Shown: positions 36,218-45,898 of the stretch, piece after piece
How positions within the stretch are numbered: the stretch's first letter is position 1
Layout: each line of letters opens with the position of its first letter
Assembly (NCBI GenBank): GCA_032249315.1
Contig: JAVVGB010000001.1
Coordinates: 4,072 to 68,071, forward strand
Origin: Thermoproteota archaeon
GTDB lineage: Archaea; Thermoproteota; Thermoprotei; Gearchaeales; Gearchaeaceae
Length of the DNA stretch: 64,000 bases
Direction of reading: 5' to 3'
Notes under the pieces: generated by a model
Seen by the model: the letters and a program-made list of their open reading frames with translations, nothing else
Database searches by the model: none
Told to the model about the DNA's origin: nothing
Position numbers and translations under genes: made by a program

Positions 36218-37623
36218 TGAGCTATCAATTACCAAATTTTTCATTAAAGGAAATTTTTGAAAATAAATATCAATTAAATGAAGTAAGTATTCTTACTGAA
36301 TATAGAAAGGAAGCCTTTGATTATTATAATAAATTAAATATTGAAGTTTCTCCTTTGTATATAAAAAACTTTGATATTTCAGGTTTAAATTTAGCAAATG
36401 CTAAAATAGCTTATGAAGAAAAATATGAAGCTGATAAAGAAATATTAGGATTCTTAGAAAGCATAAGCAATTTTCCTTATGCTTTAATAATAAATGGTAA
36501 GGTTTCAAAAATTAACATTCCTGAAATTTTTTTAAAAACAGGTTTAAGAATAGATAGCATAAAAAGTTATCTTTCTGAAGAAGAAAAAATAAAAGAAATT
36601 TTTAAATATAAAACGATAAGCAACAAAGAAGATAAATTTGCAGCTTTCAATGATGCATTTTTCTTAGATGGTTTATTTATTTATATTCCAAAAGGAATTC
36701 AGCTAAAGGTTCCAATAAGAATAATAAATTTAATAAACAATGAAGGAATAGTTTCTGTAGTTCAAAATTTCATAGTAGCAGATAATGATAGTAAATTTGT
36801 AATATTAGAAGAGAATTTTTCAAAAGAAGATATTTCTGTTCAATCTTTACATAGTCAAAATTTGAATGTTTATTTAAACGAAGGTTCAGAATTGGAATAT
36901 ATTACAGTTTGTAATTTTAATGAAAAGACGAGTTATTTTAGCAATAGGAGAGTTGTTTGTAATAAAGATTCAAGAATTTCATGGATCTCAGGATATTTAG
37001 GAGGATTAATAACAAGAATAAAAACTGATAATTTTATGAAAGAGCAAGGAGCTTTTTCAAATACAATAGAGCTAATTGTAGGTAACTTGAAACAAAGATT
37101 TGATATAACATCCTATTTAACCCATGCTGCTTCTTATACACAAGGAGTGGCTTTATCAAGAGCAGTTTTAAAAGATGAATCAAGAAGCTTATTAAAAGGT
37201 TTAATAAAAATTACAGAAAATGCAAAGAATTCAAATGCATATTTAGAAGAACATGCAATGATCTTAAATAGAGGTGCAAGAGCTGATTCTATTCCTGGAT
37301 TAGAAATTGCAAACAATGAAGTAAGAGCTACTCATTCTGCATCGGTAGCACAAATAGATGAAGAACAAATATTTTATTTAATGAGTAGAGGTTTAAGTGA
37401 AAATGAAGCAAAGAAACTATTAACTTTAGGATTTTTTGATCCTCTTTTAGCAAAGATTCTTTCAGAAAGTATAAAAGAAAAAATTAAGGAATTAATTGAA
37501 GATAAAATTGAAAATAGAAAGAAAAAGATAGAAGAAAGATTAATCATAACAGAAGAAATAAAAGAATTTAAAGAATTATCTCCTGAAAAAATGTTTGAAA
37601 CACATTATAAATATAGAAAATGA
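36217..37623 (+). CDS. sufD: Fe-S cluster assembly protein SufD
   Basis: 468 aa with a SufBD beta-helix core (…EEHAMILNRGARADSIPGLEIANNEVRATHSASVAQIDEEQIFYLMSRG…); ATGA overlap with sufB. Confidence 0.8.
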   Translation: MSYQLPNFSLKEIFENKYQLNEVSILTEYRKEAFDYYNKLNIEVSPLYIKNFDISGLNLANAKIAYEEKYEADKEILGFLESISNFPYALIINGKVSKINIPEIFLKTGLRIDSIKSYLSEEEKIKEIFKYKTISNKEDKFAAFNDAFFLDGLFIYIPKGIQLKVPIRIINLINNEGIVSVVQNFIVADNDSKFVILEENFSKEDISVQSLHSQNLNVYLNEGSELEYITVCNFNEKTSYFSNRRVVCNKDSRISWISGYLGGLITRIKTDNFMKEQGAFSNTIELIVGNLKQRFDITSYLTHAASYTQGVALSRAVLKDESRSLLKGLIKITENAKNSNAYLEEHAMILNRGARADSIPGLEIANNEVRATHSASVAQIDEEQIFYLMSRGLSENEAKKLLTLGFFDPLLAKILSESIKEKIKELIEDKIENRKKKIEERLIITEEIKEFKELSPEKMFETHYKYRK

Positions 37624-37922
37624 AGGTAAAAATTGGAGAAATAAAAAATTTAATTGAAGGTAATATATATTCAAAGGATATAAACAATGAACATATAATA
37701 TTTTTTAAACTTGGAAATAAAGTATATGCTCTTGAAGGATATTGTACACATGAAAAAGCAGATTTAGCTTATAGTATACTTACAGAAAATGAAATAATAT
37801 GTCCTTTACATTTATCTTCTTTTAATATAGAAACAGGTCAAGTATTAAATCCTCCAGCTGAAAGAAACTTAAAAACATATAAAGTAGAAATAATTAACGG
37901 TGAAATTTTTATAGAAATTTAA
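37620..37922 (+). CDS. Rieske-type [2Fe-2S] ferredoxin-like protein
   Basis: 100 aa with CTHEKADL and CPLHLSSF (CxH…CxxH). Confidence 0.7.
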   Translation: MKVKIGEIKNLIEGNIYSKDINNEHIIFFKLGNKVYALEGYCTHEKADLAYSILTENEIICPLHLSSFNIETGQVLNPPAERNLKTYKVEIINGEIFIEI

Positions 37923-37945
37923 ATTTGTTTATGTAAAGTAAAACT

Positions 37946-38356
37946 ATGAGCGATATTTATTACGAGATAATTCTTGAACATTATAAATTTCCTAGAAATT
38001 ATGGTAAAATAGAAAATGCAGATATTAAAGTAAAAGATTCGAATCCTTTATGCGGTGATGAAATTGAATATTATATAAAATTAGATTCTGAGAAAAAGAG
38101 AATTGAACAAATAAAATTCATTGGAAAAGGATGTGCAATAAGCCAAGCTTCAGCTTCAATTTTATCTGAGTTAGTAAAAGGTAAAACTTTAGATGAAATA
38201 AAAAAGCTTAAGAAAGAAAATATTTTAGAAGAGATGGGAAATCCTTATTTAGGTCCTTCAAGAATAAAATGTGCTACATTGTCTTTAAAGGTATTAAAGT
38301 TAGGAATATATGCATTCTTAGGTCAAAAATTATCTTCAGAAGAAGGTTCTCTTTAA
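37946..38356 (+). CDS. sufU: SufU/IscU-like Fe-S scaffold (NifU N-terminal domain family)
   Basis: 136 aa with the three conserved Cys (NPLCGDE, GKGCAISQAS, IKCATLS). Confidence 0.75.
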   Translation: MSDIYYEIILEHYKFPRNYGKIENADIKVKDSNPLCGDEIEYYIKLDSEKKRIEQIKFIGKGCAISQASASILSELVKGKTLDEIKKLKKENILEEMGNPYLGPSRIKCATLSLKVLKLGIYAFLGQKLSSEEGSL

Positions 38357-38392
38357 AATTTTTAGGCAAAATTTAATTATATTATATTTGGA

Positions 38393-38476
38393 GCAGGGGT
38401 TCCCTAGCCAGGTCAAAGGGGTGGGGCTTAGGACCCTATGGCGAAGGCCTTCGTGGGTTCAAATCCCACCCCCTGC
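38393..38476 (+). tRNA. tRNA-Leu (anticodon TAG), long variable arm
   Basis: Acceptor GCAGGGG/CCCCTGC, anticodon loop CTTAGGA, variable arm ATGGCGAAGGCCTTC, T-arm GTGGGTTCAAATCCCAC. Confidence 0.9.
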
Positions 38477-38625
38477 ATATTTATTTCGAATAATTTTCAT
38501 CTTGTTTTTTTGGTTAATATTTCGTTGATTTATTTAAAAGTAGAATAATTTTCATATTTTCAGTCCAAATATCACATTATTTTTAAAAAACTTAGAAAAT
38601 AATCGGTTAATATTTCAAATACGAT

Positions 38626-38640
38626 TTTTAAATTTTTATA
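38626..38640 (+). promoter_or_regulatory. putative archaeal TATA box for glmS (leaderless transcript)
   Basis: TTTTTAAATTTTTATA lies about 25-35 nt upstream of the ATG at 38663, the spacing expected for a BRE/TATA driving a leaderless mRNA. Confidence 0.3.
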
Positions 38641-38662
38641 CCGTTAACCTAAATTAAAGAAT

Positions 38663-40483
38663 ATGTGTAGAATCTTTGCTGGAATAATTAAAGATGGTGA
38701 TATTGCTCCTTTATTAAGAATTGGTTTAAAAAGATTAGAATACGGAGGCTATGATTCAGCTGGAATTGCTACAATTTATGATGATAAAATTTACTTAAAA
38801 AAAGATAAAGGAAAAATAGATGAAATCCATCAAAGATTAAATTTTGATGACCTAAAAGGAAAAATTGGAATAGCTCATACAAGATGGGCAACACATGGAG
38901 CTCCTTCACAAATTAATGCCCATCCCCATTTAGATTGTAGCAAAAACATAGCAATAGCTCATAATGGAATAATAGAAAATTTTTTGGAATTAAAACAAGA
39001 ACTTGAACAGCTTAATCATAAATTTGTCTCAAGAACAGATACAGAAGTAATAGTACATTTAATTGAAGAATATTACAAGTTAACTAAGGATTTTAAAGAG
39101 GCTTTTATACAAGCTATAAAAAGATTACAAGGCTCATATGCTATTTCAGTAATTACAACTTATGAACCAGATAAAATTTTCCTTGCAAAAAATGGTGCTC
39201 CTTTATTATTAGGTATAGGAAAAGAATTCAATTTTGCTTCCTCAGATACTATAGCATTTATAGATAAAACTAAGGAATGCATTCCTTTAGAAGATAACGA
39301 AATAGCAATAATTTCTCTTAATGGCTATGAAATATATAAATTAGAAGGGAAAACAAAGGTTAACAGGAAACCAATAATTTTAAATTGGAGCTTGGAACAA
39401 GCAAGCAAGGAAGGTTATGATCACTATATGCTAAAAGAGATAATGGAACAGGAAACATCTATGAGATGGTCTTTAAATGCCCAAAAGATTTATTTAGATT
39501 TAATTTCAGAATTTATAGATAAAGCTAATAAGGTATTTTTAGTAGGGGCAGGAACTTCATATCATTCATGTGTTGTAGGTTCATATTATTATTCAAAGCT
39601 TGCTACAATTACTACAATTCCTGTAATAGCTTCAGAATTCATAGAAAATTATGGCTCCTCAATAGATATTAACACAGCAATATTGTTTGTTTCTCAATCA
39701 GGAGAAACAGCTGATGTATTAAATGCAGTAGATTTTGCAAGAAAAAGAGCATGTACAATATTAGCTATTTGTAATGTAATAGGTTCAACTTTAACAAGAG
39801 TAGCAAGAGCATATGTTTTGCAACAATCAGGACCCGAAATAGGAGTAGCTGCTACTAAAACATATACATCGCAGCTAATAATACATTTACTTTTAGCTTT
39901 GAATTTAGCTAAAAAAAGAGGAAAAATTTCACAATATGAAATGGATGAAATGAAAGAAACTCTTAGCGAAATACCAATTTTAGCAGGAAAAATTTTAAAA
40001 GAAAAAAGCAAAGAAGTAAAGGAAGTAGCAAAGAAAATAATGAATAAGAACCATGTATTCTTTTTAGCTAGAGGATTAAATTATGGAACAGCTTTGGAAG
40101 GAAGATTAAAGCTTTTAGAAATAGCATATATTCCTTCAACAGCCTATCCTGCAGGAGAATCTAAGCATGGACCAATAAGCTTGATAGAAGAAGGAGTGCC
40201 AGTTATTTTTATAGCTCCTAAGGATGAAACAAGGAAGCAAATAATTGGAAATATAATGGAAATGAAAGCAAGAGGAGCAGAAATAATTGCTTTAGCAGAA
40301 GAAGATGATGAAGAAATAAGATCTTTAAGCAATATATTCATAGGAATGCCTAAAATGAATAGCATAATTACACCTATTTTATACATTTTACCTTTACAAC
40401 TTTTAGCATATTATACTGCAGTATTAAAAGGACTTGATCCTGATAAACCAAGGAATTTAGCTAAATCTGTAACTGTACTTTAA
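38663..40483 (+). CDS. glmS: glutamine--fructose-6-phosphate aminotransferase (isomerizing) GlmS
   Basis: 606 aa with an N-terminal Ntn Cys2 (MCRIF…), a class-II GATase domain, two SIS domains and the C-terminal …KPRNLAKSVTVL. Confidence 0.9.
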   Translation: MCRIFAGIIKDGDIAPLLRIGLKRLEYGGYDSAGIATIYDDKIYLKKDKGKIDEIHQRLNFDDLKGKIGIAHTRWATHGAPSQINAHPHLDCSKNIAIAHNGIIENFLELKQELEQLNHKFVSRTDTEVIVHLIEEYYKLTKDFKEAFIQAIKRLQGSYAISVITTYEPDKIFLAKNGAPLLLGIGKEFNFASSDTIAFIDKTKECIPLEDNEIAIISLNGYEIYKLEGKTKVNRKPIILNWSLEQASKEGYDHYMLKEIMEQETSMRWSLNAQKIYLDLISEFIDKANKVFLVGAGTSYHSCVVGSYYYSKLATITTIPVIASEFIENYGSSIDINTAILFVSQSGETADVLNAVDFARKRACTILAICNVIGSTLTRVARAYVLQQSGPEIGVAATKTYTSQLIIHLLLALNLAKKRGKISQYEMDEMKETLSEIPILAGKILKEKSKEVKEVAKKIMNKNHVFFLARGLNYGTALEGRLKLLEIAYIPSTAYPAGESKHGPISLIEEGVPVIFIAPKDETRKQIIGNIMEMKARGAEIIALAEEDDEEIRSLSNIFIGMPKMNSIITPILYILPLQLLAYYTAVLKGLDPDKPRNLAKSVTVL

Positions 40484-40484
40484 A

Positions 40485-42200
40485 ATGAGCGAAATAAAAG
40501 ATAAAGAAAAAAGGGAATGGCTAAAAACATTAGGATTAGGAGCTGCAGCTATAGCTACTGCAGGAACGTTGTTTCTATTATCTCAAAGATTATCTCCTGC
40601 AACATTAAGAGGAGACATTTTAGCTAACTATATAATATTTCAAGAAAGAGAGCTTTTTAAAGCTTTAAATGGTGTAACTGGAAACATAGATTTCCAAGAT
40701 TATGATGCTACAATTGTTATACAAAAAGCAATAGAAGCACTTTATCAAAGAGGGGGAAGAATATTTATTAGGAATGGAGTTTATGTTGTAAGAGGGTTTG
40801 AAATTGACAACAAAGGTGTTCCTATAATAATAGAAGGAGAAGGAAATACAGTATTAAGAAGAAAAGTAGATGTTTCAAAAGAGCCTAATTATGGTAATAC
40901 TTTTTTAATAAGAACAGGAAACGGAGCAAACAATATAGTAATAAGAAACATTATATTTGAAGCTGAACCTTTAAAAGTTACTCCTGTAATCGATCCTAAG
41001 GCACCTATTGCTGTAGAGGAACAGTTCCATCATATCAGTTTTAGCTGGGCTGTAAAATCTAGCGGACCAGGATATATTAATGATGCAAATATTTTAATAG
41101 AAGATTGTATATTTAGAAACAATCCTGTTACAGGTACTAATAATGAATATATTTGGTTTTCACCAAGCTCATATAAAGGAACTATTATAAGAAGATGCAT
41201 ATTTTATCAAGAAATTCCTATTAATATGATACGTGTTGATTATGCTTCTGATGTAGTAATAGCTGAGAATGTTTTTAGACAAGACAGCGATCCTTTAATT
41301 ACCAATAATCCTGCTGTAACTTTATGGGGTACAGATAATCCAATAAGCGAACCTCCCTTTACTGATATAACAGGTAAAAATTTTGTAACAAACAATATTT
41401 TTTATAATACTTCATTGTTATTATACGGCCATTCAGCTCTCAACGTAGTATCAAATAATACATTTATTCTTGATAGAAATATTTCTCCAGATTTACCTGC
41501 CCAAGATTGGAGCTTTATAACTGTAGCAGGTACAAATGCTACAGAAGATAATCCTGGCTATAATGGAAGCATAATAGCAAATAATACAATTTTAACAGAT
41601 TTTTCTAAAGTAAAAATTGCAACATATGGAATAAGAATAGAAAATAATACCGATGTGAAAATAGTTAATAATACAGTAATAGCTAGTAATCCCTTTGTTA
41701 TTTTTGGTTCAGGAAGGGGATGCCATATTGAAGGAAATACGTTTATAGGCGGAATATTTTCCATAAGTTATGCTAAAGATCCAAATAAATGCGATAATAG
41801 ATACCTTAAGGTAGTAAACAATAGAATTAAAACAATAAGAGTAGTTGTTAGAGGAAACAAAATGGATTCAAGTATTTTCGCAAGCAATATCTTCGAAAAT
41901 TACAGTCAAGATTATCCTTCAATCATATTTGAGATAAAAACTAAAGGCGCTTTATTTATTAATAATGAAGGCTATAACCAAAAAGAAGTAAAGGAAATAA
42001 ATTTCGAAGAAAATCCATTTGTTTATATAAACGAAAATCCTTACCCTGTGAATATAATAATTATAGGAGAAGCTAATGTAGAATATTCAAAGGATGGTAA
42101 AAAATTCTATAAAGTAAATAATCAAATAACTCTTTATCCTTATGAGATAGTTAAAGTAAGTTACAATTTAAAACCCAGAATTTTAGAGATACAATTATGA
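40485..42200 (+). CDS. secreted or membrane-anchored right-handed beta-helix (pectin-lyase-fold) repeat protein, hypothetical
   Basis: 571 aa with an N-terminal hydrophobic segment (LGLGAAAIATAGTLFLL), many NxS/T sequons and repeated …N.I..N… beta-helix rungs. Translationally coupled to glmS (TAAAATG). Confidence 0.5.
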   Translation: MSEIKDKEKREWLKTLGLGAAAIATAGTLFLLSQRLSPATLRGDILANYIIFQERELFKALNGVTGNIDFQDYDATIVIQKAIEALYQRGGRIFIRNGVYVVRGFEIDNKGVPIIIEGEGNTVLRRKVDVSKEPNYGNTFLIRTGNGANNIVIRNIIFEAEPLKVTPVIDPKAPIAVEEQFHHISFSWAVKSSGPGYINDANILIEDCIFRNNPVTGTNNEYIWFSPSSYKGTIIRRCIFYQEIPINMIRVDYASDVVIAENVFRQDSDPLITNNPAVTLWGTDNPISEPPFTDITGKNFVTNNIFYNTSLLLYGHSALNVVSNNTFILDRNISPDLPAQDWSFITVAGTNATEDNPGYNGSIIANNTILTDFSKVKIATYGIRIENNTDVKIVNNTVIASNPFVIFGSGRGCHIEGNTFIGGIFSISYAKDPNKCDNRYLKVVNNRIKTIRVVVRGNKMDSSIFASNIFENYSQDYPSIIFEIKTKGALFINNEGYNQKEVKEINFEENPFVYINENPYPVNIIIIGEANVEYSKDGKKFYKVNNQITLYPYEIVKVSYNLKPRILEIQL

Positions 42201-42344
42201 GCTATTCCTTAATGGCAAAGATTTCTGCGTTTAGAGTAGGTTTAACCATCATTTATAGCGAGATTTTTGCTCTCCTATAATAAAATAAAAATCTTTAAAT
42301 AGTAGAAAGATTTAAATACTCTTACGCTATAGTATAATTACAAA

Positions 42345-42809
42345 ATGGATAAAATAAGGCTAGGATTAATAGTAATTTCAATAATTGCTATTATAGTATC
42401 GTTTTTCATTTCACCAGCACAACTTGTAGGTTTATCAACAATTTTAGGTAGTACAATATTAGGTTCAACAATATTAGGCAGCACCGTGTTAGGTTCTACG
42501 GTGTTAGGTAGTACAGTAATGGGCTCTACAATATTAGGGAGCACAGTCTTAGGCTCTGTAACTTTAACTACTGTCTACGCTGAAACTTATTTAAATACTT
42601 TAATTAATGCATTATATATAGCTCAAATAATAATTGCAGTAGCTACAATAGGTTTATTAATTTATTTAGAAATTACTCACCAAAGTTATGGAAATGTTAA
42701 AAGAAAATACTTTGAAATTAGAAATGCATTGTTACCGATGGGAATAATACTTGCTTTAATTTTCTTTACGATAGTTACTTTAAGGGCAATATTAGTAATA
42801 ACTGGCTAA
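42345..42809 (+). CDS. small membrane protein carrying eight tandem pentapeptide repeats, (S-T-I/V-L-G)8
   Basis: 154 aa: an N-terminal TM helix, then LSTILGSTILGSTILGSTVLGSTVLGSTVMGSTILGSTVLGSV, then two or three C-terminal TM helices. Confidence 0.45.
   Translation: MDKIRLGLIVISIIAIIVSFFISPAQLVGLSTILGSTILGSTILGSTVLGSTVLGSTVMGSTILGSTVLGSVTLTTVYAETYLNTLINALYIAQIIIAVATIGLLIYLEITHQSYGNVKRKYFEIRNALLPMGIILALIFFTIVTLRAILVITG
42436..42555 (+). repeat. imperfect 15-nt tandem repeat ×8 encoding the STxLG pentapeptide
   Basis: tcaacaattttaggt / agtacaatattaggt / tcaacaatattaggc / agcaccgtgttaggt / tctacggtgttaggt / agtacagtaatgggc / tctacaatattaggg / agcacagtcttaggc. Confidence 0.8.
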
Positions 42810-42815
42810 AATTTC

Positions 42816-43766
42816 ATGGAAGATAGCTCAGAAATAATAAGGCAAACACTAACACTTTTTTTTCTTTCTTTAATATTCTTTTCAGTTTACTATGTTATTC
42901 TAAGCTTATTTATTCCTTATTATTATTTATCTTTACATTTTATAGCAACAACCGCTTTTACTCTTTTATCCCTTTTTTTAATACTTATTGGAATTAAAGA
43001 AAAAACAAAATTATATTTATTGTTTATTTCTATAACAATATTAATATTAATTGAAGAATTACTTTTAATATCTTTATATGTTATTTATGGTTTAATTATA
43101 AATATATTTCTTATAATCTTTTTACCTCTCTTTGCTAACTTAATGACTAAGGATGAAAGATTAAGAATTTGCCTTGAATCACTAGCTTTAATTTTAATTA
43201 GCAGAACAATATTGGTAGCTTTTCCTAAACAGTTTTTATTTCTTGGTTATTCAATGATCATTATTTACGCTTTCTTAATAATAGCAATAGTAACTTATTT
43301 GTATATAAGAAAAATATCTAATGAAAGCATTAGGCTATTCAAAGGAAATTCAAGTTTAACATTCCAAATTATTTTAGGTTTAATTGTAGGTATTGGTGTT
43401 GGGACAACAGAATATTTTGTTTTAAAGTTAAAAGTCGTAATTTTCGAGAATTTGCTTCTAGTATTTTCATACGTTGTTTTTGTTATGATATTAGTAGGAT
43501 TTGCTGAAGAAATTTTATTCAGAGGAATGCTTCAAACATATCTTGAAAAATTAATGCCTAAATTTCATGCCATTTTTTTAGCTTCAGTAATATTTGGATT
43601 AATGCACATAGGTTGGCTAAATCCTTGGGAAGTAGTTTTAGCATATGGTGCAGGATTAATATTTGGTTTATTTGCTTATTATTTCAATAGCCTTGTCACT
43701 CCCATAACAGCCCACTTTTCTGGCAACATAATTTTATATCTTATACCTGTATTTTTTGTTAGCTAA
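42816..43766 (+). CDS. CPBP-family intramembrane metalloprotease (CAAX protease / Abi self-immunity family)
   Basis: 316 aa polytopic protein with motif 1 FAEEILFRG (EExxxR), motif 2 FGLMH and a third His-containing helix. Confidence 0.7.
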   Translation: MEDSSEIIRQTLTLFFLSLIFFSVYYVILSLFIPYYYLSLHFIATTAFTLLSLFLILIGIKEKTKLYLLFISITILILIEELLLISLYVIYGLIINIFLIIFLPLFANLMTKDERLRICLESLALILISRTILVAFPKQFLFLGYSMIIIYAFLIIAIVTYLYIRKISNESIRLFKGNSSLTFQIILGLIVGIGVGTTEYFVLKLKVVIFENLLLVFSYVVFVMILVGFAEEILFRGMLQTYLEKLMPKFHAIFLASVIFGLMHIGWLNPWEVVLAYGAGLIFGLFAYYFNSLVTPITAHFSGNIILYLIPVFFVS

Positions 43767-43798
43767 GTTTATATTTTTCTAAACAACTAATCTTTTGA

Positions 43799-44683
43799 AT
43801 GAAAGTTATTGCTTTAATTCCTGCCTATAACGAAGAAAATACAATAGCTAAAGTCATATTAAAAGCGAAAAAATATGTTGATAAAATAATAGTTTGTGAT
43901 GATGGCTCTCAAGATATGACATATGAAATAGCCAAAAGTCTTGGAGCTGAAGTAATAAAAAATGAAAGAAATTATGGCAAAGGATATTGTTTAGCTGAAT
44001 TATTTAAAAGAGCTTTGAAAGAAGATGCTGATGTTGTAATAACTTTAGATGCTGATATGCAGCATGATCCAGATCTAATACCTTTTTTTATAAATACTTT
44101 AACAGAAAATGATGCTGATGTTGTAATAGGTTCAAGATTTTTAAATTCAAAAAGCAAGGAAGTACCAGGTTATAGAGTTATTGGTAATAAAATATTAAAC
44201 ATTGTTACAAACAAAAAATATACAGATTCCCAATGCGGTTTTAGAGCTTATAAAAAAGAAATATTAAAGCATCTAATTCCATCAGAAATGGGCTATGGAG
44301 CTGATTCTGAAATTTTGCTAAAAGCTCTGGATAATAACTTGAAAGTAATAGAAATTCCTATTTCTGTTAAATACAATGTTCCAAAACCTTCAAAAACAAA
44401 TCCTATTTTGCATGGCTTAGATGTTTTGCTTACAGTTTTAAAAAGACATGCTATAAGGCATCCTTTAATTTTATTTGGAATTCCATCCTTTATTTTCTTA
44501 CTAATTTCCATAACTATTGGGATATTAGCTATGGATTACTTTAATACTACTAGGCAATTGCCAACAAATTTGCTTATAATATCTGGAATGAGTTTAATAA
44601 TTTCAATAATTTTAGCTGCAACTGGATTGTTAATATTTATACTTGTTTCTTTAATAAGAGAAGAAATATCAAAATCTAAATGA
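43799..44683 (+). CDS. GT2-family glycosyltransferase, dolichyl-phosphate hexose synthase (DPM1/AglD-like) with a C-terminal TM anchor
   Basis: 294 aa with IPAYNEE, DDGSQD, a DAD motif and two C-terminal TM segments. Confidence 0.8.
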   Translation: MKVIALIPAYNEENTIAKVILKAKKYVDKIIVCDDGSQDMTYEIAKSLGAEVIKNERNYGKGYCLAELFKRALKEDADVVITLDADMQHDPDLIPFFINTLTENDADVVIGSRFLNSKSKEVPGYRVIGNKILNIVTNKKYTDSQCGFRAYKKEILKHLIPSEMGYGADSEILLKALDNNLKVIEIPISVKYNVPKPSKTNPILHGLDVLLTVLKRHAIRHPLILFGIPSFIFLLISITIGILAMDYFNTTRQLPTNLLIISGMSLIISIILAATGLLIFILVSLIREEISKSK

Positions 44684-45864
44684 AAAAAATATGCATAATA
44701 TCGCAATATTGGCTTCCAGATTTAAATGGAGATGTTGTTAGATTAAAGAACTGTATAAAAGTTTTAATAGATCTTGGATATGAGGTAACTTTAATAACAT
44801 CCTTACCTCATTATCCATACGGAGATAGAAAAGGTTACAAATCAAAGCCTATGATAATAGAAAAAGGAAAAAATATTAAAATAATAAGAGTTTACATTCC
44901 TCCTTTAAAGCATGAAGGTTTACATAGAAGATTAATATTATATATTACATTTACTTTCACTTCTCTCTTTCCATTGTTTATTTTAAAGAAAGCAGATTAC
45001 GTTTGGGCTTTTAGTCAAAGAATATTTTCTTCCATTTCTGGAATAATATTTAAAATTTTTTACAGATGCAAATTGATAAGCGATATTACAGATCTTTGGC
45101 CAGAAGCTTTAGTAAACACTGGATATACAAAATATAATAGTCTATTTTTCAAAGTAGGCAGATTTTTGGCTAAAATTGTATATTTGTTAAGTGATAAAGT
45201 AACTGTATTAGCATATTCGATGAAGGATTTTATTGCAAAAGAATATAAAATTGAACCTAAAAAAATTGAAATTTTGCCAAATATAGCAAAAAAACATGAT
45301 TGCGAAGAAAATGTTAGTAAGGATAAATTAAGGATCGTTTATTCAGGAAATCTTGGTAAAAATTATGATCTAATTTCAATCATTGAAATAGCTAAAATTT
45401 TGAATAACGAAAAGATAGAGTTTATCATAAGAGGTCAAGGAGAAATGTATAGCATTTTAAGCAAATTAATAAAAGAATATAATTTAAAGAATGTAAAAAT
45501 TGAAAATAAGCCTTTACCTTATAAAGATTATTTAAAAGAAATGTGCAATTCAGATATTTTCTTGCTTCCTTTAAAAAGTTCAATGTTTCCAGATGCATCC
45601 TTTCCAATAAAATTTGTAGAATATTTAGGATTTGGGAAGCCAATGTTGATAATATCAAAAGGATATTTAGCAAAGTTTTCGAAAGAAAAAAATGTTGGTT
45701 TTGTATTTGAAGAAGCCAACCACCAAGAGATTGCCTCTTTGCTAATAAAAATTTCCAAAGAAAAAAATTCATTAAAAGAGTTTAAATTAAGAAATATTAA
45801 AGTTCTAAATGAGTATTTTTCAGAAAACAAATTAAAGGAAATTTTAAAGAAAATCTTTAACTAA
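44680..45864 (+). CDS. GT4-family (GT-B) glycosyltransferase
   Basis: 394 aa with a C-terminal GT-B domain (…RGQGE…, FPIKFVEYLGFGKPMLI). Confidence 0.65.
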   Translation: MKKICIISQYWLPDLNGDVVRLKNCIKVLIDLGYEVTLITSLPHYPYGDRKGYKSKPMIIEKGKNIKIIRVYIPPLKHEGLHRRLILYITFTFTSLFPLFILKKADYVWAFSQRIFSSISGIIFKIFYRCKLISDITDLWPEALVNTGYTKYNSLFFKVGRFLAKIVYLLSDKVTVLAYSMKDFIAKEYKIEPKKIEILPNIAKKHDCEENVSKDKLRIVYSGNLGKNYDLISIIEIAKILNNEKIEFIIRGQGEMYSILSKLIKEYNLKNVKIENKPLPYKDYLKEMCNSDIFLLPLKSSMFPDASFPIKFVEYLGFGKPMLIISKGYLAKFSKEKNVGFVFEEANHQEIASLLIKISKEKNSLKEFKLRNIKVLNEYFSENKLKEILKKIFN

Positions 45865-45898
45865 AAACATTTAAGCTTATAAAGAAAATTTTAAAGAA

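Noticed and set aside
42338-42544. 68-aa minus-strand ORF with PNTVEP/PNIVEP repeats
   Set aside because: It is the antisense reading of the 15-nt tandem repeat that encodes the STxLG repeats of the plus-strand membrane protein.
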